From an uncultured Leptotrichia sp. (lineage in GTDB: Bacteria; Fusobacteriota; Fusobacteriia; Fusobacteriales; Leptotrichiaceae), in assembly GCA_938017765.1 (NCBI GenBank), contig CALIJH010000167.1:1-31829 (forward strand): DNA of 31,829 nucleotides, read 5' to 3'. Each line of letters opens with the position of its first letter. Within the stretch, counting starts at the first letter, position 1. Under the pieces are notes generated by a model. The model ran no database searches, was not told the origin of the DNA, and saw only the letters and a program-made list of their open reading frames with translations. A program made the position numbers and the translations under genes. Positions 8,187 through 15,953 of the stretch are shown piece after piece.

Positions 8187-9846
8187 ATTCAGAATTACGT
8201 TATTAGTGTGTTTTGTTTTCTTCTGTGCTAATATTATTGCAAAAGAGAGTTACAGTGAAATTTATGTAAAAATAACCGATGCAACTACTGCCCTTAGAAA
8301 CAATGATAAAAAAGAAGCAGAAAAAATTGCAAAAGAAATAAAAGAAAAATTTAGGACTGTAAAAAATGCCAATTCTCCCCAAGGGTCAAAAGTACAGGAA
8401 CTTCTGAATAAAGGAGATGTAACTGAAGATAATCTGAAAGAGATTACAAAAGCACTTCTGGCATTTGAAAAGGAACAGAATCCTGTTGACGAAACTCAGG
8501 TGAAAAAAGATTTTAAAGCGAAAGTGTTTCCTGCTCTTGATACTCTGGAAAAAGTTATTCGGAGTAAAGACGTGGAAGCTATGAAAAAGGAATATCTGAA
8601 ATATAACGGCGTTTGGACAAGAAATGAAGCAGTAATTAGGGATAGAGACACCGTTTATTACGGAAAAGTCGAAACTGCCATGGCTTTCCTGCGAAGCTCC
8701 ATGGAAATGGAACCTTTCAACTACGACAATGTCATAAGCTCATTTAATGACCTGAAAACCGTTATTCAGGAATTTCTCGACGGAAAGAAAGTCGAAAATG
8801 CTTCTTCTGAAAACATTACTTTAAAACAGGCTGTAGATTTGCTGAAAGAGGGACTTGACGCATTTAAGTCAGGAGATAACGGTACGGGGCAGTCAAAAGT
8901 AAAAAAATTTATACAAGTCTGGCCTACTGTAGAGGGAGATGTAAGTACACGTAACGGTGCCCTTTATACAAAAGTTGAGACACAGACACCCGTAATAATG
9001 GTAAAAGGCGGAGAAAAGCAGTATCAGGAGCAGTTGCAGGGATTGATAGACGAACTGTCCCAAATTGACACAAAAGCCGAATATACTTTTTTGGATGCGA
9101 TGTTTATACTGCTTCGTGAAGGAGTGGAAGCATTGCTGATAGTATTGGCACTGGTGAGCGGACTGAAAGCTGCAAATCAGAAACGTGGACTGAAATGGGT
9201 ATACGCAGGAGCAGTAGCGGGAATTCTTGCGAGTATCGTTATTGCCGTTATTCTTCAAAAAGTGTTTCCGGCTGTGTCTTCGGGGACAAACCGTGAGATA
9301 CTTGAGGGATTTGTAGGTATATTTGCAGTAGCAATGATGATAGGAATAGGAGTATGGCTGCATAGCAGGTCTTCTTTGAAAGCTTGGAAAGACTATATGG
9401 AAAGAAAAATGAATATCGTAGTAAGTACGGGAAGTTTTATTTCGATGTTTGTATTGAGTTTTCTTGCCGTATTCAGGGAAGGTGCCGAAACAATACTGTT
9501 TTATGTAGGAATTTTACCTTTAATATCGGTGCAGAACCTCATCATAGGTATTTTGAGTGCCATCGTAATACTTATCATAATTGCATTGGTTCTTATATAT
9601 GCTTCTTCGAAAATAAAAGTACACAGAGTATTTTTTATACTCACATGGACTATCTATTTTCTTGCGTTTAAAATGTTGGGAACAAGTATTCATATGTTGC
9701 AGGTTGTGGGGGTTGTCCGTTTACATCTGATAAAATTTATACCTACGGTGGAAATATTAGGTATTTACGCGAACTGGGAAGTGTTTATAAGTCAGGTTAT
9801 TTTTATAATCCTGATTGCATCAATAACACTGAAAAGAAAAAAATAA
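8164..9846 (+). CDS. efeU: FTR1-family ferrous iron permease EfeU with ~290-aa N-terminal extracytoplasmic extension
   Basis: Two REGxE motifs (REGVEAL, REGAETI) in TM helices, typical of FTR1/EfeU. It has an N-terminal signal peptide. It apparently starts at TTG and overlaps efeB by 23 nt. Confidence 0.8.
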   Translation: MAKNYLNKFRITLLVCFVFFCANIIAKESYSEIYVKITDATTALRNNDKKEAEKIAKEIKEKFRTVKNANSPQGSKVQELLNKGDVTEDNLKEITKALLAFEKEQNPVDETQVKKDFKAKVFPALDTLEKVIRSKDVEAMKKEYLKYNGVWTRNEAVIRDRDTVYYGKVETAMAFLRSSMEMEPFNYDNVISSFNDLKTVIQEFLDGKKVENASSENITLKQAVDLLKEGLDAFKSGDNGTGQSKVKKFIQVWPTVEGDVSTRNGALYTKVETQTPVIMVKGGEKQYQEQLQGLIDELSQIDTKAEYTFLDAMFILLREGVEALLIVLALVSGLKAANQKRGLKWVYAGAVAGILASIVIAVILQKVFPAVSSGTNREILEGFVGIFAVAMMIGIGVWLHSRSSLKAWKDYMERKMNIVVSTGSFISMFVLSFLAVFREGAETILFYVGILPLISVQNLIIGILSAIVILIIIALVLIYASSKIKVHRVFFILTWTIYFLAFKMLGTSIHMLQVVGVVRLHLIKFIPTVEILGIYANWEVFISQVIFIILIASITLKRKK

Positions 9847-9936
9847 TAAAAATAAAATGATTTTGTCTACTTTTGTCCGTATAATGACAGTAGCCATAGC
9901 AAAAAAATAAAAAAGAAAAAAAGAAAGGATGTGTCC

Positions 9937-10647
9937 ATGTCGGAAGATAAAGCTCAAACATTAATAGAGCATATCGGAGAATTCAGGAAAAGGCTTATAA
10001 TAACAATAATATTTTTTCTGATTGCATTTTCAGTAAGTCTGATATTCTGTGCAGATATTTATAAAATGCTGACATATCCTTTTTCAAAAAAACTTGTCGT
10101 GTTAGGGCCTAACGATATTCTTGAGATATATATTACACTGGCAGGGATATGTGCTTTCAGTTTTACACTGCCTTTCGCGAGTTATCAGCTGTGGGCGTTT
10201 GTAAAACCGGGACTGAAAGAAAAAGAAGCTAAAATGGTGCTTTCATATATTCCCGCAATATTTATTCTGTTTGTTTCGGGACTTGCTTTCGGCTTTTTTA
10301 CGGTAACACCTGCACTTTTGAAAGTACTGCTTTCTATCGGGGAAGACCTGTTTAGTGTGCAGGTTACTGCACAAAGTTATCTGAAATTTGTAATACATAC
10401 TTCATTGCCTATTGCATTTGTTTTTGAACTGCCTGTTATAGCGGCTTTTCTGACATCATTACATATTTTGACCCCTGCTTATCTGGTAAAGAACAGAAGA
10501 TACGGATACTTTATATTGCTTGTACTGGCAGTCATTCTGACTCCTGCCGATTTCATAAGTGATTTGGCAATGACAGTACCGTTAATTCTGATTTATGAAG
10601 TAAGCGTCGTGGTCAGTAAATATATTTATAGGAAAAGGAGAGGATAG
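9937..10647 (+). CDS. tatC: Twin-arginine translocase subunit TatC
   Basis: Six-TM protein with the TatC N-terminal 'HIGEFRKRLI' region. AAAGGA lies 7 nt before the ATG at 9937. The ORF track starts 6 nt earlier at GTG 9931. Confidence 0.9.
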   Translation: MSEDKAQTLIEHIGEFRKRLIITIIFFLIAFSVSLIFCADIYKMLTYPFSKKLVVLGPNDILEIYITLAGICAFSFTLPFASYQLWAFVKPGLKEKEAKMVLSYIPAIFILFVSGLAFGFFTVTPALLKVLLSIGEDLFSVQVTAQSYLKFVIHTSLPIAFVFELPVIAAFLTSLHILTPAYLVKNRRYGYFILLVLAVILTPADFISDLAMTVPLILIYEVSVVVSKYIYRKRRG

Positions 10648-10650
10648 TAA

Positions 10651-10845
10651 ATGGGAATTTTTAGAGATATTGGGACACCCGGACTGATAGTCATAATACT
10701 GGGAGCATTACTTATTTTTGGACCTAAACGTCTGCCGGAACTGGGAGAAGCTGTAGGAAAAATGCTTAAAGAATTTAAAAAATCAATGTCTGATATAACA
10801 GATGAAAACGATACTAAAAAAAATGATGACAAAGAAAAACAGTAA
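10651..10845 (+). CDS. tatA: Twin-arginine translocase subunit TatA/E
   Basis: 64 aa. Single TM followed by the amphipathic helix LIFGPKRLPELG, the canonical TatA motif. Strong RBS GGAGAGG. Confidence 0.9.
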   Translation: MGIFRDIGTPGLIVIILGALLIFGPKRLPELGEAVGKMLKEFKKSMSDITDENDTKKNDDKEKQ

Positions 10846-10932
10846 AAAAGAAATAATACTAAGAAAAATAATAAAAAAAAGATGTAAATAACGGAAAAAA
10901 ATATTCAGGAGAAAAATCAAAAAAATAAATTG

Positions 10933-10963
10933 AATATGTAACTTTAGTTACATATTTTTTTTA
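10933..10963 (+). terminator. Rho-independent terminator after tatA (ATATGTAACT-tt-AGTTACATAT + T8)
   Basis: Perfect 10-11 bp inverted repeat followed by a T-run. It lies 90 nt downstream of the tatA stop. Confidence 0.6.
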
Positions 10964-11030
10964 TGAATATGATATAATTGGATATACAAAATAATTGAAT
11001 ATATAATTTTTTGATAGATTAAAGATAAAG

Positions 11031-11095
11031 TTTATAAAAAAAGAAAAAAGAAAAAAGAAAAAAAAGAAAGAAAATAGAAAAAGAAAGGCAGCATA
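11031..11095. repeat. Poly-purine simple sequence repeat (AAAAAAG)n
   Basis: Runs of A6-8 punctuated by single G (aaaaaaagaaaaaagaaaaaagaaaaaaaagaaagaaaatagaaaaagaaagg) in the intergenic region upstream of the DUF1858 cassette. Confidence 0.8.
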
Positions 11096-11212
11096 TCAAT
11101 AATATTGAACTAAAATTCTGAATATTCTTTATCTATAACTATAGAATAAAAAGAAAACAAATCAAAAATATCGAATTAAAATATAATTGAGATATAAGAA
11201 AGGAGAAATATT

Positions 11213-12439
11213 ATGAATAAATTTTTCGGCTTAAATGATACATTGTATCAAATTGTGGAAAAATATCCCGAAACACTCGAATTTTTTATAGCTAACGGAT
11301 TTGAGCAGCTAAAAAATAAACAGATGTTTGAGTCAATGGCAAAAAATATAAAACTCAATATGGCTTTAAAAATAAAGAAAATCAATCCTGAATTGTTTGA
11401 AGAAAAATTAGTTGCATTTTTGCAGAAAGACAGCGAAACTGATATCTCCCTTGAGGGGAAAAAGGAAAATGCCACGGGAGATATACTTATAGAGGGAGTT
11501 TTACCCTGTCCTATCAGGATACCTCTGCTGGAAGGCATAAAAAAATGGGCTGAAACGAGAAATAAAGAAGTAGATTATAAGATAGATTATGAATTGCAGT
11601 CGGCAAATCTGGGCTTGGACTGGGTTGTGGATAAAGTGAAAACAGGAAACCCTGATAAAGTCTCGGATATACTCTTATCGGCAGGGTTTGAGTTGTTTTT
11701 TGACAAGGAGCTTATGGGGCAGTTTATGGAAAAAGGAATATTTGAAACATATTTAAATGATATGAACAAAGATTTCTGTAATGAAGAAATTGACTTAAGA
11801 GACCCTAAAAAACAGTATGCCATAATGGGAGTAGTCCCTGCTGTGTTCCTTATAAATAAAACAGTTCTTGGAGACAGAAAGCCACCTGAAGTATGGGAAG
11901 ATATATTGAGCGAAGAACTGGAAGATTCGGTAGCTTTACCGATGAATGACCTCGACTTGTTCAATGCTCTCATTATCAATATATACAAAGACTACGGTTC
12001 TGAAGGTATTCAGAAACTTGCAAGGTCTTACAAGAAAAATCTTCATCCGGCACAAATGGTGAAAGCCAAAGGGAGAAGTGGAGACGCACCTGCCGTAAGT
12101 ATAATTCCGTATTTCTTTACACAGATGCTAATGGGAGCGACCGACCTCGAAGCCGTATGGCCGAAAGACGGGGCGTTACTCAGTCCTATATTTATGATTA
12201 CAAAAAAGTCCAAAAAAGATAAAATTCAGCCTTTTATAGATTTCTTTATGTCCGAAGAAATAGGGACACTGTTTTCCGCTAACGGAAAATTTCCGTCGAC
12301 AAATCCCAATGTGGACAATCATCTGAAAGAAGACCAGAAATTTAAATGGATTGGCTGGGATTTCATTCATAGCAATGACGTCGGAGGATTAGTCAGAAAA
12401 TGCGAAGATGAATTTAACGAAGCCATTATGAAATTATAA
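11213..12439 (+). CDS. Cytoplasmic DUF1858-like N-terminal domain fused to a periplasmic-binding-protein (PBP type II, SBP family 1-like) domain; function unknown
   Basis: 408 aa with RBS AAAGGAG. The first ~70 aa (…EKYPETLEFFIANGF…) resemble DUF1858/ScdA_N. The C-terminal part carries 'IQPFIDFFMSEEIGTLFSANGKFPS', resembling the SBP_bac_1-type 'FIDFLLSxEgQ' motif. No signal peptide. Confidence 0.65.
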   Translation: MNKFFGLNDTLYQIVEKYPETLEFFIANGFEQLKNKQMFESMAKNIKLNMALKIKKINPELFEEKLVAFLQKDSETDISLEGKKENATGDILIEGVLPCPIRIPLLEGIKKWAETRNKEVDYKIDYELQSANLGLDWVVDKVKTGNPDKVSDILLSAGFELFFDKELMGQFMEKGIFETYLNDMNKDFCNEEIDLRDPKKQYAIMGVVPAVFLINKTVLGDRKPPEVWEDILSEELEDSVALPMNDLDLFNALIINIYKDYGSEGIQKLARSYKKNLHPAQMVKAKGRSGDAPAVSIIPYFFTQMLMGATDLEAVWPKDGALLSPIFMITKKSKKDKIQPFIDFFMSEEIGTLFSANGKFPSTNPNVDNHLKEDQKFKWIGWDFIHSNDVGGLVRKCEDEFNEAIMKL

Positions 12440-12554
12440 TAAAATAACTGTGATGAAGATAAAGATCTGAATTATAGTTATAACAATATCAAAGAATATC
12501 AAGGTGTATGATAAGATATGATAAGACAAAAAAAATGATTATTCAGGAGGAAAT

Positions 12555-13259
12555 ATGAATTTAATAATAGTTTCAGGACCACCCTCATCAGGAAAAACAA
12601 GTGTAATATTGAAAACTGTTGACGCCCTGAAGAAACAGGGAATGTCAGTGGGAGTAGTAAAATTTGACTGCTTGTATACAGATGACGATATATTGTATGA
12701 AAAAGCAGGAATACCTGTAAAAAAAGGTATTTCGGGAGCATTATGTCCTGACCATTTTTTTGTATCGAATATAGAAGAAGTAGTACAGTGGGGCAGAAGT
12801 TTGGGACTTTCCATGCTTATAACCGAATCGGCGGGTCTTTGTAATCGTTGTTCGCCATATATAAAGGATATAAAAGGGATATGTGTAATCGACAATCTGT
12901 CGGGCATAAATACACCTAAAAAAATAGGACCTATGCTGAAAGCCGCAGATATAGTTATTATTACTAAAGGAGATATTGTTTCGCAGGCTGAAAGGGAAGT
13001 ATTTGCCTCAAGGGTAAATTCTGTAAATCCCGGTGCTATAACAATGCACGTAAACGGGCTTACAGGACAGGGAGCCTATGAATTAAGCACACTGCTTTAT
13101 GAAAAGGAAAAAGAAATAGAAACTGTTCAGGGGAAAAAACTCAGATTTCCTATGCCGTCGGCTCTATGTTCCTATTGTCTTGGGGAAACGAGAATAGGAG
13201 AAAAATATCAAATGGGAAATGTCAGAAAAATGAATTTAGGCGGTAATAACGATGAATAA
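12555..13259 (+). CDS. SIMIBI-class P-loop GTPase, G3E family-like (HypB/UreG/CobW-like putative metallochaperone)
   Basis: Walker A GPPSSGKTS at residue 8. Switch-II-like ESAGLCNRCSP (cf. HypB ENVGNLVCP). TKGD (NKxD-like) and a 'NGLTGQG' G5-like motif are present. Additional C-terminal CSYC motif. Strong RBS AGGAGG. Confidence 0.7.
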   Translation: MNLIIVSGPPSSGKTSVILKTVDALKKQGMSVGVVKFDCLYTDDDILYEKAGIPVKKGISGALCPDHFFVSNIEEVVQWGRSLGLSMLITESAGLCNRCSPYIKDIKGICVIDNLSGINTPKKIGPMLKAADIVIITKGDIVSQAEREVFASRVNSVNPGAITMHVNGLTGQGAYELSTLLYEKEKEIETVQGKKLRFPMPSALCSYCLGETRIGEKYQMGNVRKMNLGGNNDE

Positions 13260-14265
13260 AAAACTTGTAGATGAACTGAAAATGTCCGAATTACTGGACA
13301 AGTATCCTTTTACGGAAAATTTTTTCAGTGAAAATGTTATCGACATAAAAGGTCATGAAAATGAGACATTCAGTGAGTTCTTAGATAAATTTGCCGAAGA
13401 AGAAATAGAAGATATGGCATTGGATACAGAAAAAATAAAAGAGGGGTTAATCGAATATATCGAACAGATGAAGCTGTTTCTTGGAATGGAAGAAGAGAGC
13501 GGTGTCGAAGTTCTGACAATAATTGCGGGAAAAGATAAAACGGGTAATCCTGAAGGTTTTGAAAGACTTGATATAAACAAATCGGAAATAATATCTATAG
13601 TAGGGCCTACAGGCTCTGGAAAATCAAGACTGCTCGCAGATATAGAATGGACGGCTCAAAAAGATACGCCGACACAGAGAGAAATACTTATTAACGGGGA
13701 GCTGCCTGACAAAAAATGGAGATATTCATCAAACAATAAGCTTGTCGCCCAGTTATCCCAAAATATGAATTTTGTCATGGATTTATCCGTGAGGGATTTT
13801 TTGGAATTGCATGCTAAAAGCAGAATGATAGATGATATTCAGGGAGTAACTGATAAAATCATAGAAGAAGCAAATAAACTTGCAGGAGAGCAGTTTAATC
13901 TCGATACGCCGATTACAGCCCTCAGTGGGGGACAGTCAAGGGCATTGATGATAGCAGACACTGCAATACTAAGTTCTTCGCCTATAGTCCTGATAGATGA
14001 GATTGAAAATGCGGGAATTGACAGAAAGAAAGCCCTCGATTTACTCGTTTCATCAGATAAGATTGTACTTATGGCGACTCATGACCCCACATTGGCATTG
14101 ATAGCCGATAAAAGAATTATAATCAAAAATGGAGGTATTTCAAAAATAATAAAAACAAGCCCTAAAGAAAAGAAAATTTTGTCAAAGCTTGAAGAAATGG
14201 ATAATATTATCCAAAAAATGAGAACAGATTTAAGAAATGGGGAAATATTGACAGATAATAAATAA
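13252..14265 (+). CDS. Soluble ABC-type ATPase with N-terminal DUF1858-like module (no cognate permease in locus)
   Basis: Walker A GPTGSGKS, ABC signature LSGGQSRAL, Walker B IVLIDEIENAGID and H-loop MATHD are present. The N-terminus MNKKLVDELKMSELLDKYPFTENFF is paralogous to the N-terminus of the 11213 ORF. It overlaps the upstream GTPase gene by 8 nt. Confidence 0.8.
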   Translation: MNKKLVDELKMSELLDKYPFTENFFSENVIDIKGHENETFSEFLDKFAEEEIEDMALDTEKIKEGLIEYIEQMKLFLGMEEESGVEVLTIIAGKDKTGNPEGFERLDINKSEIISIVGPTGSGKSRLLADIEWTAQKDTPTQREILINGELPDKKWRYSSNNKLVAQLSQNMNFVMDLSVRDFLELHAKSRMIDDIQGVTDKIIEEANKLAGEQFNLDTPITALSGGQSRALMIADTAILSSSPIVLIDEIENAGIDRKKALDLLVSSDKIVLMATHDPTLALIADKRIIIKNGGISKIIKTSPKEKKILSKLEEMDNIIQKMRTDLRNGEILTDNK

Positions 14266-14434
14266 CCTAACTAAATAAATTAGGTTAAAAATAAATATAA
14301 AGTCCAAGAATAATTGTGAAACATAGTAAAAAATGAATTAACCAAAAGATTAAAAAAACGGAATAATCTAAGAATAAATATGGAATTATATTAAAAGTCA
14401 AGTTGTTTAAGAAATAAGGGAATATAATTTAATA

Positions 14435-14481
14435 TAATGAAAAAATAAAATAATGAAAAAATAAAATAATGAAAAATAAAA
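14435..14481. repeat. Tandem repeat, 16-nt unit TAATGAAAAAATAAAA x3
   Basis: Three direct copies. The last has a 1-nt deletion. It lies immediately downstream of the yoaK stop. Confidence 0.8.
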
Positions 14482-14485
14482 TTAT

Positions 14486-15157
14486 TTATATCTCATCTTT
14501 AAACATTATAACAAATACCGATAACAGTATAATACAGCAAACTAAAAGAGCTTTTTCCTTGAATATTTCGGAAAAAAATGAACCTGTAACAGCACCAATC
14601 ATAAAAAAAAGTATAAGACCGTAATAAGTCAGAAATTTATGCTTTGCATCTCTGTTCTTAGTTGACAGATAGTTATAGAGATTTTCCGTCCCGCTTCTCA
14701 GGTTTCCTGTACACATTGTTGTAGCGGAAAGGTTGCCTCGTGTTTTTCTGAATCCCTGTACCTGCAAGGAGCAGACAAATGATATTGCAATATTTACAAA
14801 AACATTCAGCTCTCCTTTAGGAATAAAAGAAGAGATGAATAAAACTGCAACTTCTATAAGGATAACAATCTGTCTCCAATGAATTTTGTTATGCTTGAAT
14901 TTCTTTTTGATAATCTCGGCAATCAGAATGCCCACTGCAAAAGCAAATATAGGTAAAAAGTAAAATAAAGCGTCTCTCCATCTTTTTTCGACTAACCTCA
15001 AAGCAAAAAAGACCATATTTCCTGTTTGAGCGTTGGCGAGAACTTTTCCTCTCATAATAAAAGTGTAAGCGTCAGTAAAGCCGCCTACAAGACAAAGCAG
15101 TAATGCCAGTCTGAAAGTATCCGAAGTCTGTTTTTTTGATTTTATGTTTTCTTTCAT
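14486..15157 (-). CDS. YoaK-family (DUF1275/UPF0700) inner-membrane protein
   Basis: 223 aa and multi-TM. 'GGFTDAYTF...LANAQTGN' matches the DUF1275 signature. RBS GGAGAG lies 9 nt upstream. Confidence 0.8.
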   Translation of the reverse strand: MKENIKSKKQTSDTFRLALLLCLVGGFTDAYTFIMRGKVLANAQTGNMVFFALRLVEKRWRDALFYFLPIFAFAVGILIAEIIKKKFKHNKIHWRQIVILIEVAVLFISSFIPKGELNVFVNIAISFVCSLQVQGFRKTRGNLSATTMCTGNLRSGTENLYNYLSTKNRDAKHKFLTYYGLILFFMIGAVTGSFFSEIFKEKALLVCCIILLSVFVIMFKDEI

Positions 15158-15330
15158 TATTTATATCTCTCCATTTATTTTGTTATTTTTTGGTCTGACT
15201 ATTATTCCAAAATTCTTAAAGTAATCATTATTACATCTAATTGTAACAGAAAACAGTATATTTTTAAAGAGCATAAATAAAATATTCCATAGTATAAAAA
15301 AATTAAATGAAAAAAACATATCTGATATTA

Positions 15331-15359
15331 TTGACATTCTTGCAAGTAAAAGATATAAT
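15331..15359 (+). promoter_or_regulatory. Perfect consensus sigma70 promoter TTGACA-17-TATAAT
   Basis: TTGACA at 15331-15336, a 17-nt spacer, and TATAAT at 15354-15359. No protein-coding gene lies downstream on this strand for more than 2 kb. Confidence 0.6.
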
Positions 15360-15366
15360 ATACTTG

Positions 15367-15590
15367 TAATCAGAAATAAAAAATTCTGGTCTATTCGTTA
15401 CCGACGATACAATTTTTGGGCTTTACTCTTTCTTAATGGGGTCAGACTTTTGTATTTTGAATCAGGCACATCACGGCGGTTCTATACTTTGCACGGATTC
15501 TGTACAATTTACAAATATGACTACCACCTGTACCAACTACAGGCGACCAAAAATTCAGTCGAAACGGTAGATTGGATTTTTTTAATTTGT
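15367..15590 (+). ncRNA. Candidate small non-coding RNA (GC-enriched structured region driven by consensus promoter); identity unknown
   Basis: About 220 nt with clearly higher GC than the flanking intergenic DNA. It contains several hairpins (e.g. CCTGTA-ccaac-TACAGG at 15528-15544) and no ORF longer than 16 codons. It ends in a T-rich stretch near 15590. Confidence 0.3.
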
Positions 15591-15832
15591 TAGATTTTTT
15601 ATATATATAATTTAAATTCTGGATAAAATAAAAATTTTTTTGAAAAAAGTTAAAAAAGTATATTTGATAAGAATACTGATTTTTATAAAAGTGAAAGAAA
15701 TATTTTTAGTTAGTAAAAAAAGTTTGTAAAAAAATCTCAAAAATATTTTGAAATTTAAAAAAAACAAGGTATATATTTAATGTACTTATTTTTGAAAAAG
15801 ATTTTATCTTTTTTGTCTTTTCATAGCGTTAC

Positions 15833-15866
15833 AAAAAGAGTGGAACCCCAACCACTCTTTTTTCTA
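15833..15866. terminator. Bidirectional rho-independent terminator (AAAGAGTGG-aacccca-CCACTCTTT + T-run)
   Basis: 9-bp stem flanked by an A-run and a T-run. It lies about 90 nt downstream of the Crp/Fnr gene stop on the minus strand. It also closes the plus-strand intergenic transcript. Confidence 0.7.
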
Positions 15867-15953
15867 TTCATTTTATACTATATTGTAATTTCAAAAAATT
15901 TTATAAATGGAATTGAATAAAATTGATAATTATAAATCCTGCATTGCTGTGTA

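Noticed and set aside
7054-9671. ORFs inside efeB/efeU in other frames or on the minus strand (7054-7263 +, 7338-7909 -, 7926-8171 -, 8893-9363 -, 9384-9671 +)
   Set aside because: They are embedded in well-supported efeB and efeU frames. They have no RBS, and their translations have biased composition.
14264-14290. AACCTAA-N9-TTAGGTT inverted repeat after the ABC ATPase gene as a terminator
   Set aside because: The stem is AT-rich with a 9-nt loop and is not followed by a clean T-run on either strand. It may be a weak terminator for the convergent genes, but support is insufficient.
15367-15590. Assigning the candidate sRNA to tmRNA, SRP RNA or RNase P RNA
   Set aside because: There is no tag-peptide reading frame or 3' CCA/tRNA-like end, no SRP domain IV GGAAGCAGC motif, and no RNase P P4 AGGAAAGUCCGG motif. 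Identity is left open.
15780-15920. 46-aa ORF (MYLFLKKILSFLSFHS...) in the yoaK-crp intergenic region
   Set aside because: Its SD is weak and poorly spaced. The ORF runs straight through the bidirectional terminator hairpin at 15833-15866, so it is most likely non-coding.
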